This document shows, piece after piece, positions 46,100-54,549 of a stretch of 64,000 nucleotides of DNA (its first letter is position 1; every line of letters starts with the position of its first letter). Both the position numbers and the translations under genes were made by a program. Under the pieces are notes generated by a model. The model saw only the letters and a list, made by a program, of their open reading frames with translations. It did no database searches and was not told the DNA's origin. The DNA is from Clostridia bacterium (lineage in GTDB: Bacteria; Bacillota; Clostridia; UMGS1883): positions 42,436 to 106,435 of the forward strand of contig JAFSGW010000099.1 in assembly GCA_017440585.1 (NCBI GenBank), given 5' to 3'.

Positions 46100-49000
46100 T
46101 GTTTACCCATTTGCATGTACATAGTGAATACAGCCTTTTAGACGGTGCGGCACGTGTTGGCGAGCTTCCCAAAAGAGCAAAGGAGCTTGGGCAGACGGCT
46201 ATGGCACTTACAGACCACGGCGTTATGTACGGTGCGGTGGATTTTTATAAGGCATGTAAAAAAGAAGGCATAAAGCCCATTATAGGCTGTGAGGTTTATG
46301 TTGCACCCAGAACTCTTTCCGACAAGGAAACAAAGAAGGATGCGGAAAACTTCCACCTTGTGCTTCTTGCAAAGAATGCACAGGGCTACCGTAACTTATG
46401 CAAAATAGTTTCCAAAGCGGCGGTGGACGGCTTCTATTACCGCCCAAGAACAGACCTTAACGAGCTTAAAAAGTACTCCGGCGGTCTTGTGGCACTTTCT
46501 GCCTGCCTTGCAGGTGCTATCCCTTCACGCCTTACAGAGGGCGACTATGAGGGTGCAAAAAAGTGTTTATTGGAATACAAGGCAATTTTTGAGGACTTTT
46601 ATATTGAGCTTCAGGACCACGGTATTGAAGAGCAGAAGCGTATTATGCCCTCTCTTTTAAAGCTCGCGGAGGAAACAGGCACACCTCTTGTTGCCACAAA
46701 CGACATACATTACGTAGCGAAGGAGGACGCTGCCTACCAGGACGTGCTCTTGTGCATACAGACAGGCAAAACCCTTGCAGACGAAAACCGTATGAGGTTT
46801 TCAACGGATGAGTTTTACGTTAAGAGCGAGGAGGAAATGCGTGAATTATTCCGCTTTGCTCCCGAGGCTATCGAAAACAGCGGAAAGATTGCCGATATGT
46901 GCAATTTTGACTTTGAATTTCACAAAAAGCTTTTGCCTCAGTTCCCCATTCCCGAGGGCTTTACAAGGGTTAGCTACCTTGAAAAATTATGCCGTGAGGG
47001 ATTGGTAAAGCGCTACGGCGAAAATGTAGGGGAGGATATTATAAAAAGGCTTGAGTATGAGCTTAATGTTATAAACAACATGGGCTTTACCGACTACTTT
47101 TTAATAGTTTCCGACTTTATAGGCTACGCAAAGAAAAACGGCATTTACGTTGGTCCCGGACGAGGCAGTGCGGCAGGAAGCGTTGTGTCCTATGTTCTGG
47201 AAATTACCGACATTGACCCCATAAAATATAAGCTTCTTTTCGAACGTTTCCTTAACCCTGAGCGAGTTTCCATGCCCGATATAGATATTGACTTCTGTAA
47301 GGAAAGGCGTGGCGAGGTTATTGACTACGTTGTGGAAAAATACGGCAAGGACAACGTTTGTCAGATTATAACCTTTGGTACCATGAAGGCGAGAGCCGCT
47401 ATCCGTGATGCAGGCAGGGTTATGGATATGCCCTATGCCGAGTGCGACATGGTGGCAAAGGCTGTGCCCAAGGAGCTGGACATAACCCTTGACAAGGCTT
47501 TAGAGGCTCCCAAAATGAAGGAGCTTTACGAAAGCGACGAAAGGGTTAAAAAGCTTGTGGATACAGCCCGCAGTATTGAAAACCTGCCAAAAAGCTCAGG
47601 CACCCATGCGGCAGGCGTTGTAATCTGCGGCGAAAGGCTTGACGAAAACATTCCCCTTTCAAAAAACGAGGACGTTGTGGTAACACAGTTCACAAAGGAC
47701 ACAGTTGAAGAGCTGGGTCTTCTTAAGATGGACTTTTTAGGTCTTAAAAACCTTACAATTATCCGTAACTGTGTTGAGTTTGCAGCAAATGACGGCATAA
47801 ATATTGACCTTAAAAACATTTCCTACGATGTGCCCGAGGTTTATAAAATGATTGCAAAGGGCGACACCGCAGGCGTGTTCCAGTTGGAAAGTGGCGGTAT
47901 GACAGAGTTCATGAAAAAGCTTAACCCCGGTAATTTAGAAGATATTATCGCAGGTATTTCCCTTTACAGACCGGGTCCCATGGACTTTATCCCACAGTAT
48001 ATACGAAATAAACACAACCCTGAAATGATTACCTATAAGCACCCATCCTTAGAGAGCATACTTCGTGATACCTACGGATGTATTGTGTATCAGGAGCAGG
48101 TTATGGAAATTGTACGTACCCTGGCAGGCTTCTCCTTAGGCGGTGCGGATATGGTTCGTCGTGCCATGAGTAAGAAAAAGGCAAAGGACATGGAAAAGGC
48201 ACGAAACAACTTCATTTATGGCGAGGTTGACGAAAACGGCAATGTAACCATCCCCGGCTGTTTACGTAACGGCATTGATGAAAAAACAGCATCAAGCATA
48301 TTCGACGATATGGATGCCTTTGCAAAGTACGCCTTCAACCGTTCCCATGCGGCGTGCTATGCGGTGGTCGCTTACCAGACGGCATACCTTAAGTATTTTT
48401 ACCCTGTGCACTTTATGGCGGCACTTATTACGGGCTTTATGGATGAAGCAGGCAAGGTTGCAATATATGTGGAAGCCTGCAAGAGCATGGGCATTAAAAT
48501 ACTGCCTCCCGATGTAAACAAGAGCTTCTCTGCCTTCAGCGTAGAGGGCGACAACATCCGCTTTGGCTTGGGAAGCGTTAAAAACGTGGGCATTGCATTT
48601 GTTGACCGCCTTGTTGAGGAAAGGCGTGCAAACGGCAGTTTCACAAGCTTCTCCGAGTTTGCAAAGCGTATGAGTGATAAGGATATTAATAAAAGAAGCG
48701 TGGAGGGTATTATCCGCGTGGGCGGGTTTGACTCTGTTGTAAAATCACGAAGCAAGCTTCTTGCAGGCTTTGAGGATGTGATTGAGTCTGCCGTGAAGGA
48801 AAAGCGCAGTAACATAGAAGGGCAGATAAGCCTCTTTGGTGACATTATGCCCGAGGAGGCTATGGGTGACGATGACCTTCCCAATGCACCCACTCTTCCA
48901 AAGAGTATGATACTTGAAATGGAAAAGGAATGGGGCGGAATGTACTTCTCAGGTCATCCGCTTGATGACTACAGAAGCATTGTAAGTGACCCCCGCTTTA

Positions 49001-49551
49001 CCCGTATTGCCGACGTTTTATCGGGCGAGGTTACTGACGGCAACTTTGTAACGGTGGCAGGCCTTGTAACAGCAAGGCGTGACAAACGAACAAAGAGCAA
49101 TACAATGATGAGCTTTATTGTAATAGAAGACTTTACAGGCTCAATCGAAACAATTGTGTTCCCCAAAACCCTTTCAAAGCACGACAAGCTTATTGAGGAG
49201 GGTGCATTTGTACGAATGACCGCCCGTGTTGATGCAAAGGATGAGGATGTGGATAATGATGCCGAAAAGGCTGTTACCGCAAAGCTTATTATGGATGCGG
49301 TAAGCATTCTTGAAAAGCCCGAGGGGCCGGTGGGCGAAGCGAGGGAACTTTCAATTAAGCTTAATGAGGGCGATATTAAAAAGCTTGACGAAATCCGCAG
49401 TATTATTTTAAAATGCCGTGGCTTTGACAGAGTTTCCCTTAAGCTTGATGAGGGTGAAATAGCCTGCCATTCCTCCGTAAAAACAAATGCAGAGGCTGCA
49501 AAAAAGCTTATTGACCAGTATTTTGGCGAAGAAAGATGCGAAGTGAGATAA
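46099..49551 (+). CDS. dnaE: DNA polymerase III alpha subunit
   Basis: HLHVHSEYSLLDG, GPGRGSAAGS, SMPDIDIDF, KMDFLGL, YAFNRSH. Confidence 0.98.
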   Translation: MFTHLHVHSEYSLLDGAARVGELPKRAKELGQTAMALTDHGVMYGAVDFYKACKKEGIKPIIGCEVYVAPRTLSDKETKKDAENFHLVLLAKNAQGYRNLCKIVSKAAVDGFYYRPRTDLNELKKYSGGLVALSACLAGAIPSRLTEGDYEGAKKCLLEYKAIFEDFYIELQDHGIEEQKRIMPSLLKLAEETGTPLVATNDIHYVAKEDAAYQDVLLCIQTGKTLADENRMRFSTDEFYVKSEEEMRELFRFAPEAIENSGKIADMCNFDFEFHKKLLPQFPIPEGFTRVSYLEKLCREGLVKRYGENVGEDIIKRLEYELNVINNMGFTDYFLIVSDFIGYAKKNGIYVGPGRGSAAGSVVSYVLEITDIDPIKYKLLFERFLNPERVSMPDIDIDFCKERRGEVIDYVVEKYGKDNVCQIITFGTMKARAAIRDAGRVMDMPYAECDMVAKAVPKELDITLDKALEAPKMKELYESDERVKKLVDTARSIENLPKSSGTHAAGVVICGERLDENIPLSKNEDVVVTQFTKDTVEELGLLKMDFLGLKNLTIIRNCVEFAANDGINIDLKNISYDVPEVYKMIAKGDTAGVFQLESGGMTEFMKKLNPGNLEDIIAGISLYRPGPMDFIPQYIRNKHNPEMITYKHPSLESILRDTYGCIVYQEQVMEIVRTLAGFSLGGADMVRRAMSKKKAKDMEKARNNFIYGEVDENGNVTIPGCLRNGIDEKTASSIFDDMDAFAKYAFNRSHAACYAVVAYQTAYLKYFYPVHFMAALITGFMDEAGKVAIYVEACKSMGIKILPPDVNKSFSAFSVEGDNIRFGLGSVKNVGIAFVDRLVEERRANGSFTSFSEFAKRMSDKDINKRSVEGIIRVGGFDSVVKSRSKLLAGFEDVIESAVKEKRSNIEGQISLFGDIMPEEAMGDDDLPNAPTLPKSMILEMEKEWGGMYFSGHPLDDYRSIVSDPRFTRIADVLSGEVTDGNFVTVAGLVTARRDKRTKSNTMMSFIVIEDFTGSIETIVFPKTLSKHDKLIEEGAFVRMTARVDAKDEDVDNDAEKAVTAKLIMDAVSILEKPEGPVGEARELSIKLNEGDIKKLDEIRSIILKCRGFDRVSLKLDEGEIACHSSVKTNAEAAKKLIDQYFGEERCEVR

Positions 49552-49567
49552 ACAGTGTATTTTAGTT

Positions 49568-49608
49568 GCAGGATTAACGATTAAGATTAATTTAATCGTT
49601 AATCCTGC
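49568..49608. terminator. Hairpin after dnaE (terminator-like)
   Basis: gcaggattaacgattaa...ttaatcgttaatcctgc followed by gttgttttt. Confidence 0.65.
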
Positions 49609-49619
49609 GTTGTTTTTCG

Positions 49620-49676
49620 TTAATTCTTTGAATTTAATAATTAATTCTTGAATTAATCATTAAAACGGTGTATAAT
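49620..49676 (+). promoter_or_regulatory. Sigma-A promoter with duplicated palindromic operator-like sites
   Basis: TTGAAT(49648)-17-TATAAT(49671); ttaattctttgaatttaat and ttaattcttgaattaat in tandem. Confidence 0.65.
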
Positions 49677-49706
49677 AAGTGTGGTGACTATAAGGAGGAA
49701 TGGTTA

Positions 49707-51131
49707 ATGCAGGCTGATGAACTTAAGAGGATGGCTTTAAATATAAAAGCTTTAAAAACAGAATCACAGACTATTGAGCTTAAAACTGCAAATCAAGGCT
49801 GTCCTACCAGACTTTTTGATACATTGTCCTCATTTTCTAATCAGGATGATGGGGGAGTAATAATTTTTGGCATCGATGAATCGGAGGATTATGCAATTAA
49901 AGGCGTATACAATGCACAGGATTTGCAGAAAAAGGTTAATGAACAGTGCAAGCAAATGGAGCCTCCAGTCCGTGCGTTGTTTGCCGTATGTGAAATTGAT
50001 GGAAAAGTAATTGTATCTGCAGAAATTCCCGGAGTGGACATTTCGGAACGCCCCGTATTTTATAAAGGGGTTGGGCGTATAAAGGGTTCCTATGTACGTG
50101 TGGGTGAAGCGGATGAGCTGATGAGTGAATATGAGATTTACAGCTATGAGGCGTTCAGGAAAAGAATACGTGACGATATCAGAACCATCGAGAACAGCAA
50201 ACTGAATGTGGTTGATGAAAAACGCTTGGCAGACTATCTTAATGCCGTAAAAAGTGAGCGGAAAAACCTTGCGGATAATGTTTCGGAAGATGAAATACTT
50301 GAGTTAATGGGAGTTGTTAATGACAATAAACCTACCCTTGCCGGACTTATGACTTTTTCGAAATATCCTCAGGCTTATTTTCCTCAGTTGTGTATTACGG
50401 CGGTTTCTCTCCCGGGAACTGAGCAAGGTACTGTGGGCGAAGACGGCGAACGATTTATCGACAATAAACGAATTACGGGAGCTATTCCCGATATGCTCGA
50501 GGAAGCTGTTGAATTTGTACGCAAAAACAGCAGAACAAAGACGATTATAGATGATAATGGTCGTCGTGCGGACAAGCCGGAATATCCCATTAAAGCTGTT
50601 CGTGAAGCAATTCTTAATGCTCTGGTGCATCGTGACTACAGTATTCACACAGAAAATGTTCCTGTCAGAATCGAAATGTATCGGGATAGGATGGAAATCA
50701 TCAATAGCGGCGGTTTGTACGGAAAGATTTCTATTGATGCGCTTGGCAGGGTTCGCCCCGAAACCAGGAATGCGGCTCTCGCAAATATGCTGGAGCTTTT
50801 AAAAATTACAGAAAACAGATACTCCGGAATTCCTACAATGCGTAGAGAATTTGCGGATGCAGGACTCCCGGCTCCCTTGTTTTCAGTTGTACACGGAGAA
50901 TTCAAGGTGGTTATGAAAAACGGTTTGTTTGGGGCTGCAAAAGCTGCAACTGATTCTTTGGTGGAGTTTTGCTCAACTCCTCGCACACGTAGTGAAATTG
51001 TAGCGTTTGTAGGCAAATCAAAGAATCACGTTATGTCACATATTGTTGCCCCCCTTGTAGAAAACGGAACGCTTAAAATGACAATTCCCGAAAAGCCCAA
51101 GAGTCCTGCTCAAAAATTTGTAAAAGCATAA
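49707..51131 (+). CDS. AlbA_2 (Schlafen-like) plus HATPase_c_4 plus wHTH protein (RecG-like annotation family)
   Basis: ESQTIELK, LSSFSN..GGVIIFGIDE, EYPIKAVREAILNALVHRDYS, INSGGL, SGIPTM, C-terminal PEKPKSPAQKF; AAGGAGG SD. Confidence 0.88.
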   Translation: MQADELKRMALNIKALKTESQTIELKTANQGCPTRLFDTLSSFSNQDDGGVIIFGIDESEDYAIKGVYNAQDLQKKVNEQCKQMEPPVRALFAVCEIDGKVIVSAEIPGVDISERPVFYKGVGRIKGSYVRVGEADELMSEYEIYSYEAFRKRIRDDIRTIENSKLNVVDEKRLADYLNAVKSERKNLADNVSEDEILELMGVVNDNKPTLAGLMTFSKYPQAYFPQLCITAVSLPGTEQGTVGEDGERFIDNKRITGAIPDMLEEAVEFVRKNSRTKTIIDDNGRRADKPEYPIKAVREAILNALVHRDYSIHTENVPVRIEMYRDRMEIINSGGLYGKISIDALGRVRPETRNAALANMLELLKITENRYSGIPTMRREFADAGLPAPLFSVVHGEFKVVMKNGLFGAAKAATDSLVEFCSTPRTRSEIVAFVGKSKNHVMSHIVAPLVENGTLKMTIPEKPKSPAQKFVKA

Positions 51132-51148
51132 TATAATTGTCTTCAAGC

Positions 51149-51183
51149 AAAAAAGCTGAACGATTAAATCGTTCAGCTTTTTT
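51149..51183. terminator. Bidirectional terminator
   Basis: aaaaaagctgaacgat-taa-atcgttcagctttttt. Confidence 0.85.
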
Positions 51184-51661
51184 ATTTGTGATAATTCTCA
51201 TTTGCATTAATCTTAAATGCACGGTAGGTTTGTTCCGTGAGCATAAGACGGGCTAAGTTATGAGGGAAGGTCATGTCCGACATGCTCATTTTAAAGTCAG
51301 CACGTTTTTTTACCTCCTCGGAAAGCCCTAAGGAGCCTCCTATAACAAAGGTTATGGAGGAAGAGGTCATAAAAGCATCGGATAGCTTTTTTGCAAAGTC
51401 CGTGCTTGAGAGCTTTTTGCCCTCTATGCACATGGCTATAACATAGTCGCCCTTTTGTATTTTGCTTAAAATATCCTCCCCTTCCCGTGTAAGCACCTGC
51501 ATTTCCTCGCTTTGTGAGGCGTTGTCGGGGATGGGGCGGTCACCTATTTCAATGCTTTTAAATTTCGCGAAACGAGAAAGACGCTTTTCGTATTCACATA
51601 AAGCGTCTTTAATGAACTTTTCTTTTATTTTACCTACTGAAATAACGGTGATATTAGGCAT
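51182..51661 (-). CDS. rlmH: 23S rRNA (pseudouridine1915-N3)-methyltransferase
   Basis: VGKIKE, EYEKRL, FVIGGSLGL, MTFPH, EQTYRAFKI..YHK. Confidence 0.95.
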   Translation of the reverse strand: MPNITVISVGKIKEKFIKDALCEYEKRLSRFAKFKSIEIGDRPIPDNASQSEEMQVLTREGEDILSKIQKGDYVIAMCIEGKKLSSTDFAKKLSDAFMTSSSITFVIGGSLGLSEEVKKRADFKMSMSDMTFPHNLARLMLTEQTYRAFKINANENYHK

Positions 51662-51670
51662 TGAAAACAC

Positions 51671-52465
51671 CTACCTGACAGTATATTTCGTTGAGGGGGC
51701 ATAGCGTGATGCCACCTCTAAGGTAACGTCACTTCCTATATGTGCACCCTTCATAACAAGGTGCTCCTCTGTTGTGGCATATGCCACGGAGGGGGTGTTG
51801 TTATCTAAGCTTAAGTGCCCTAAAATGATGTGCTTTGTGCCCGTGTCTAAAAGATGCGAGCAGGTTAAGGCACAGTCATCGTTTGAAAGATGCCCCACGG
51901 AGGAGCGTACCCTTCTTTTAAGCTCGGGGGAATAGGGCCCGTGAAGGAGCATATCTACATCGTGGTTGGACTCCAAAAGCACTATGTCGCTTGCTTTTAT
52001 GTTTTCGTAAACTGTTTTGTTCATAACCCCTATATCGGTGGCAATGGATGCCCTTTTGGAGTTATGCTCAATTGTAAAGCCCACACTTTCCGTGCTGTCG
52101 TGGGGAGTGGAAAAGGGGGTTACTACGGCATCGAAGGCACCAAAGGGAACACCGCCCTTTATGTAACGGACATTATCGGCATTGATTTTACCTATTTTGG
52201 TTATCATCCTCTGCCATGTGCCCACCGTTGCATAGATGGGCAGGTTATACCTTCTTGAAAGTATGCCCGCACCCTTTATATGGTCAATGTGCTCGTGTGT
52301 TATGAAAATGCAGTTAAGGCTCTCCGGCTCAACGCCTATCTGCCGTAAGGCTTCCTCAATATGGCTTCCGCTTTCACCGCAATCGACCAGAATGTTGGTA
52401 TTTCCTGCCTTTACAAAGGTGGAATTACCGCTGGAACCTGAAAAAAGACTGCAAAGCTCAACCAT
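51671..52465 (-). CDS. MBL-fold metallo-hydrolase (YycJ/WalJ-like)
   Basis: SGSSGN, THEHIDH, ESNHD, GHLSN, HLS. Confidence 0.92.
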   Translation of the reverse strand: MVELCSLFSGSSGNSTFVKAGNTNILVDCGESGSHIEEALRQIGVEPESLNCIFITHEHIDHIKGAGILSRRYNLPIYATVGTWQRMITKIGKINADNVRYIKGGVPFGAFDAVVTPFSTPHDSTESVGFTIEHNSKRASIATDIGVMNKTVYENIKASDIVLLESNHDVDMLLHGPYSPELKRRVRSSVGHLSNDDCALTCSHLLDTGTKHIILGHLSLDNNTPSVAYATTEEHLVMKGAHIGSDVTLEVASRYAPSTKYTVR

Positions 52466-53723
52466 TGGAAATATACACTCTTTCTATCTCGGCACCGATT
52501 TTTGTAAGACGGCCCTCGATGTTTTCATAGCCACGGTCAATATAAACGGGGTCGTTAATTGTTGTAATGCCGTCGCTTGCAAGGCCTGCAATAATAAGTG
52601 CCGCACCTGCACGAAGGTCAGTTGCTCTCACGGGGGCACCGTGAAGAGGAGCACCGCCCTCTATGATGGCTGTTTTGCCCTGCACGGAAATATCGGCACC
52701 AAGCCTCTTTAATTCGCCCACATACTGGAAGCGGTTGTCCCACACGTCCTCGGTAACCATGCTTGTACCCTCGGCAAGTGTTAAAAGAGCCACAATCTGA
52801 GGCTGAAGGTCTGTGGGGAAGCCGGGATAGGGCATTGTTCTTACATCGCAGGGGAGAAGGGGCTTTGTACGCCTTACACGGATTGCATCGTCGTACTCTT
52901 CAATTTCAACACCCATTTCCTCAAGCTTTGAAACAAGAGATGCCATGTGCTTGGGAATAATGTTTTTAACTAAAACATCGCCGCCTGCAGCTGCCGCCAT
53001 AATCATAAAGGTGCCTGCCTCAATCTGGTCGGGAATGATGGCATAGCTGCCACCGCCAAGCTTTGCTACACCGTCGATACGGATAACGTCTGTACCTGCA
53101 CCGCGGATACGTGCACCCATGGCGTTCAGGAAGTTTGCAAGGTCAACAATGTGGGGCTCTTTTGCGGCATTTTCAATAACCGTTCTGCCCCTGGCAAGGG
53201 TTGCCGCAAGGATAATGTTCATGGTTGCACCAACGCTCACCTTGTCAAGGTAAACGTTTGCACCCTTTAACTCTTCAGCCTTTGCTTCTACCTGACCACG
53301 GATAATGTCAACAGTTGCACCAAGTGCCTTAAAGCCCTTAACGTGAAGGTCAATAGGTCTTTCGCCAAAGTTACAGCCACCGGGAAGTGCAACCTCAGCT
53401 TTTCCGAACCTGCCTAAAAGTGCACCTAAAAGATAATAGGATGCACGCATACGGCTTGCAAGGTCATAGGGTGCCTTGAAGGTAGACACACATGAAGAGT
53501 CAATTTCGATTGTATTGTTATCAATCCTGGTAACCTTTGCACCAAGATAGGAAAGCATTTCAAGAATAACGCCGACATCACGGATGTCGGGCACGTTTTC
53601 AATACGGCACACTCCGTCAACTAAAAGTGCCGCAGGAATAATTGCCACTGCCGCGTTTTTTGCACCGTTTGTCTGTATTTCACCATGAAGGGGGTTTCCG
53701 CCTCTTACACGTAAAGTTTCCAT
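52458..53723 (-). CDS. murA: UDP-N-acetylglucosamine 1-carboxyvinyltransferase
   Basis: GAKNAA, MRASYY, LPGGCNFGERPIDLH, PYPGFPTDLQ, DLRAGAAL, IDRGY. Confidence 0.96.
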   Translation of the reverse strand: METLRVRGGNPLHGEIQTNGAKNAAVAIIPAALLVDGVCRIENVPDIRDVGVILEMLSYLGAKVTRIDNNTIEIDSSCVSTFKAPYDLASRMRASYYLLGALLGRFGKAEVALPGGCNFGERPIDLHVKGFKALGATVDIIRGQVEAKAEELKGANVYLDKVSVGATMNIILAATLARGRTVIENAAKEPHIVDLANFLNAMGARIRGAGTDVIRIDGVAKLGGGSYAIIPDQIEAGTFMIMAAAAGGDVLVKNIIPKHMASLVSKLEEMGVEIEEYDDAIRVRRTKPLLPCDVRTMPYPGFPTDLQPQIVALLTLAEGTSMVTEDVWDNRFQYVGELKRLGADISVQGKTAIIEGGAPLHGAPVRATDLRAGAALIIAGLASDGITTINDPVYIDRGYENIEGRLTKIGAEIERVYISNG

Positions 53724-53887
53724 TTATATGAACACCACTTTCATAAAAAAGTTGGGTAAAACAATGTATACACATACACAGTATATTATAACCCATTTTA
53801 GTACAAAATGTCAACATAAAGGCACTGCACGGGGGATAAAATTTTGCATAGGGGAAAGACTATTTTAAAAGGGAAAGGGGCGGTAAA

Positions 53888-54517
53888 ATGGGGCTTTCAT
53901 TTGTGAGAACAATAATACTCTACATTTCGGTAATAATTGCCATGCGCATAATGGGCAAAAGAACCATCGGTGAAATGCATCCTACGGAGCTGGTTATTTC
54001 AATTATGATATCGGATTTGGCAACGGTTGCCATGCAGTCAAAGGAAACGCCCTTATCGGACGGCATAATACCCATTTTTACATTAGTGGTGCTGGAGCTT
54101 ATTTTTGCCTTCCTTCTTCTTAAAAGCCGCAGTGTGAGGCGTATTCTTGTTGGCAGAAGCTGCAGTGTGGTAAGAAACGGCAAGCTTCTGGAAAAGGAAA
54201 TGGGCGACCTCCGTATTACCGTTGAGGATATTGAGGAACAGATACGTATAAGCGGATACACAAGCTTAGAGGAGGTTTCCGAGGTGATTATTGAAACAAA
54301 CGGTCAGGTTTCCGTTATACCGAAAAGAAACGGAGAAAAGGTGCCTTACCTTGTCATTACCGACGGGAAGGTGCACAAAAAGGAAATGGAGCACGCCCAT
54401 ATTACCATGAAAACTATTGAAGAGGAGCTTAAAAAAAGACAGCTTGCCGATGTGGGCGAGGTTTTTTACATGAGTGCAGTTGACTCAAGGGTGATACATT
54501 TTCAGAAAAAGGGTTAA
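53888..54517 (+). CDS. DUF421 (YetF/YrbG-like) membrane protein
   Basis: MRIMGKRTIGEM..ELV, IETNGQVSVIP, ITDG. Confidence 0.9.
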   Translation: MGLSFVRTIILYISVIIAMRIMGKRTIGEMHPTELVISIMISDLATVAMQSKETPLSDGIIPIFTLVVLELIFAFLLLKSRSVRRILVGRSCSVVRNGKLLEKEMGDLRITVEDIEEQIRISGYTSLEEVSEVIIETNGQVSVIPKRNGEKVPYLVITDGKVHKKEMEHAHITMKTIEEELKKRQLADVGEVFYMSAVDSRVIHFQKKG

Positions 54518-54549
54518 AAAGAAAAAATATTTGACGGGGGATATAAAAA

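Noticed and set aside
49552-49706. Duplicated rlmH 3' end (att site) marking an integrated element
   Set aside because: No second copy of ttatttgtgataatt seen on this side and no recombinase
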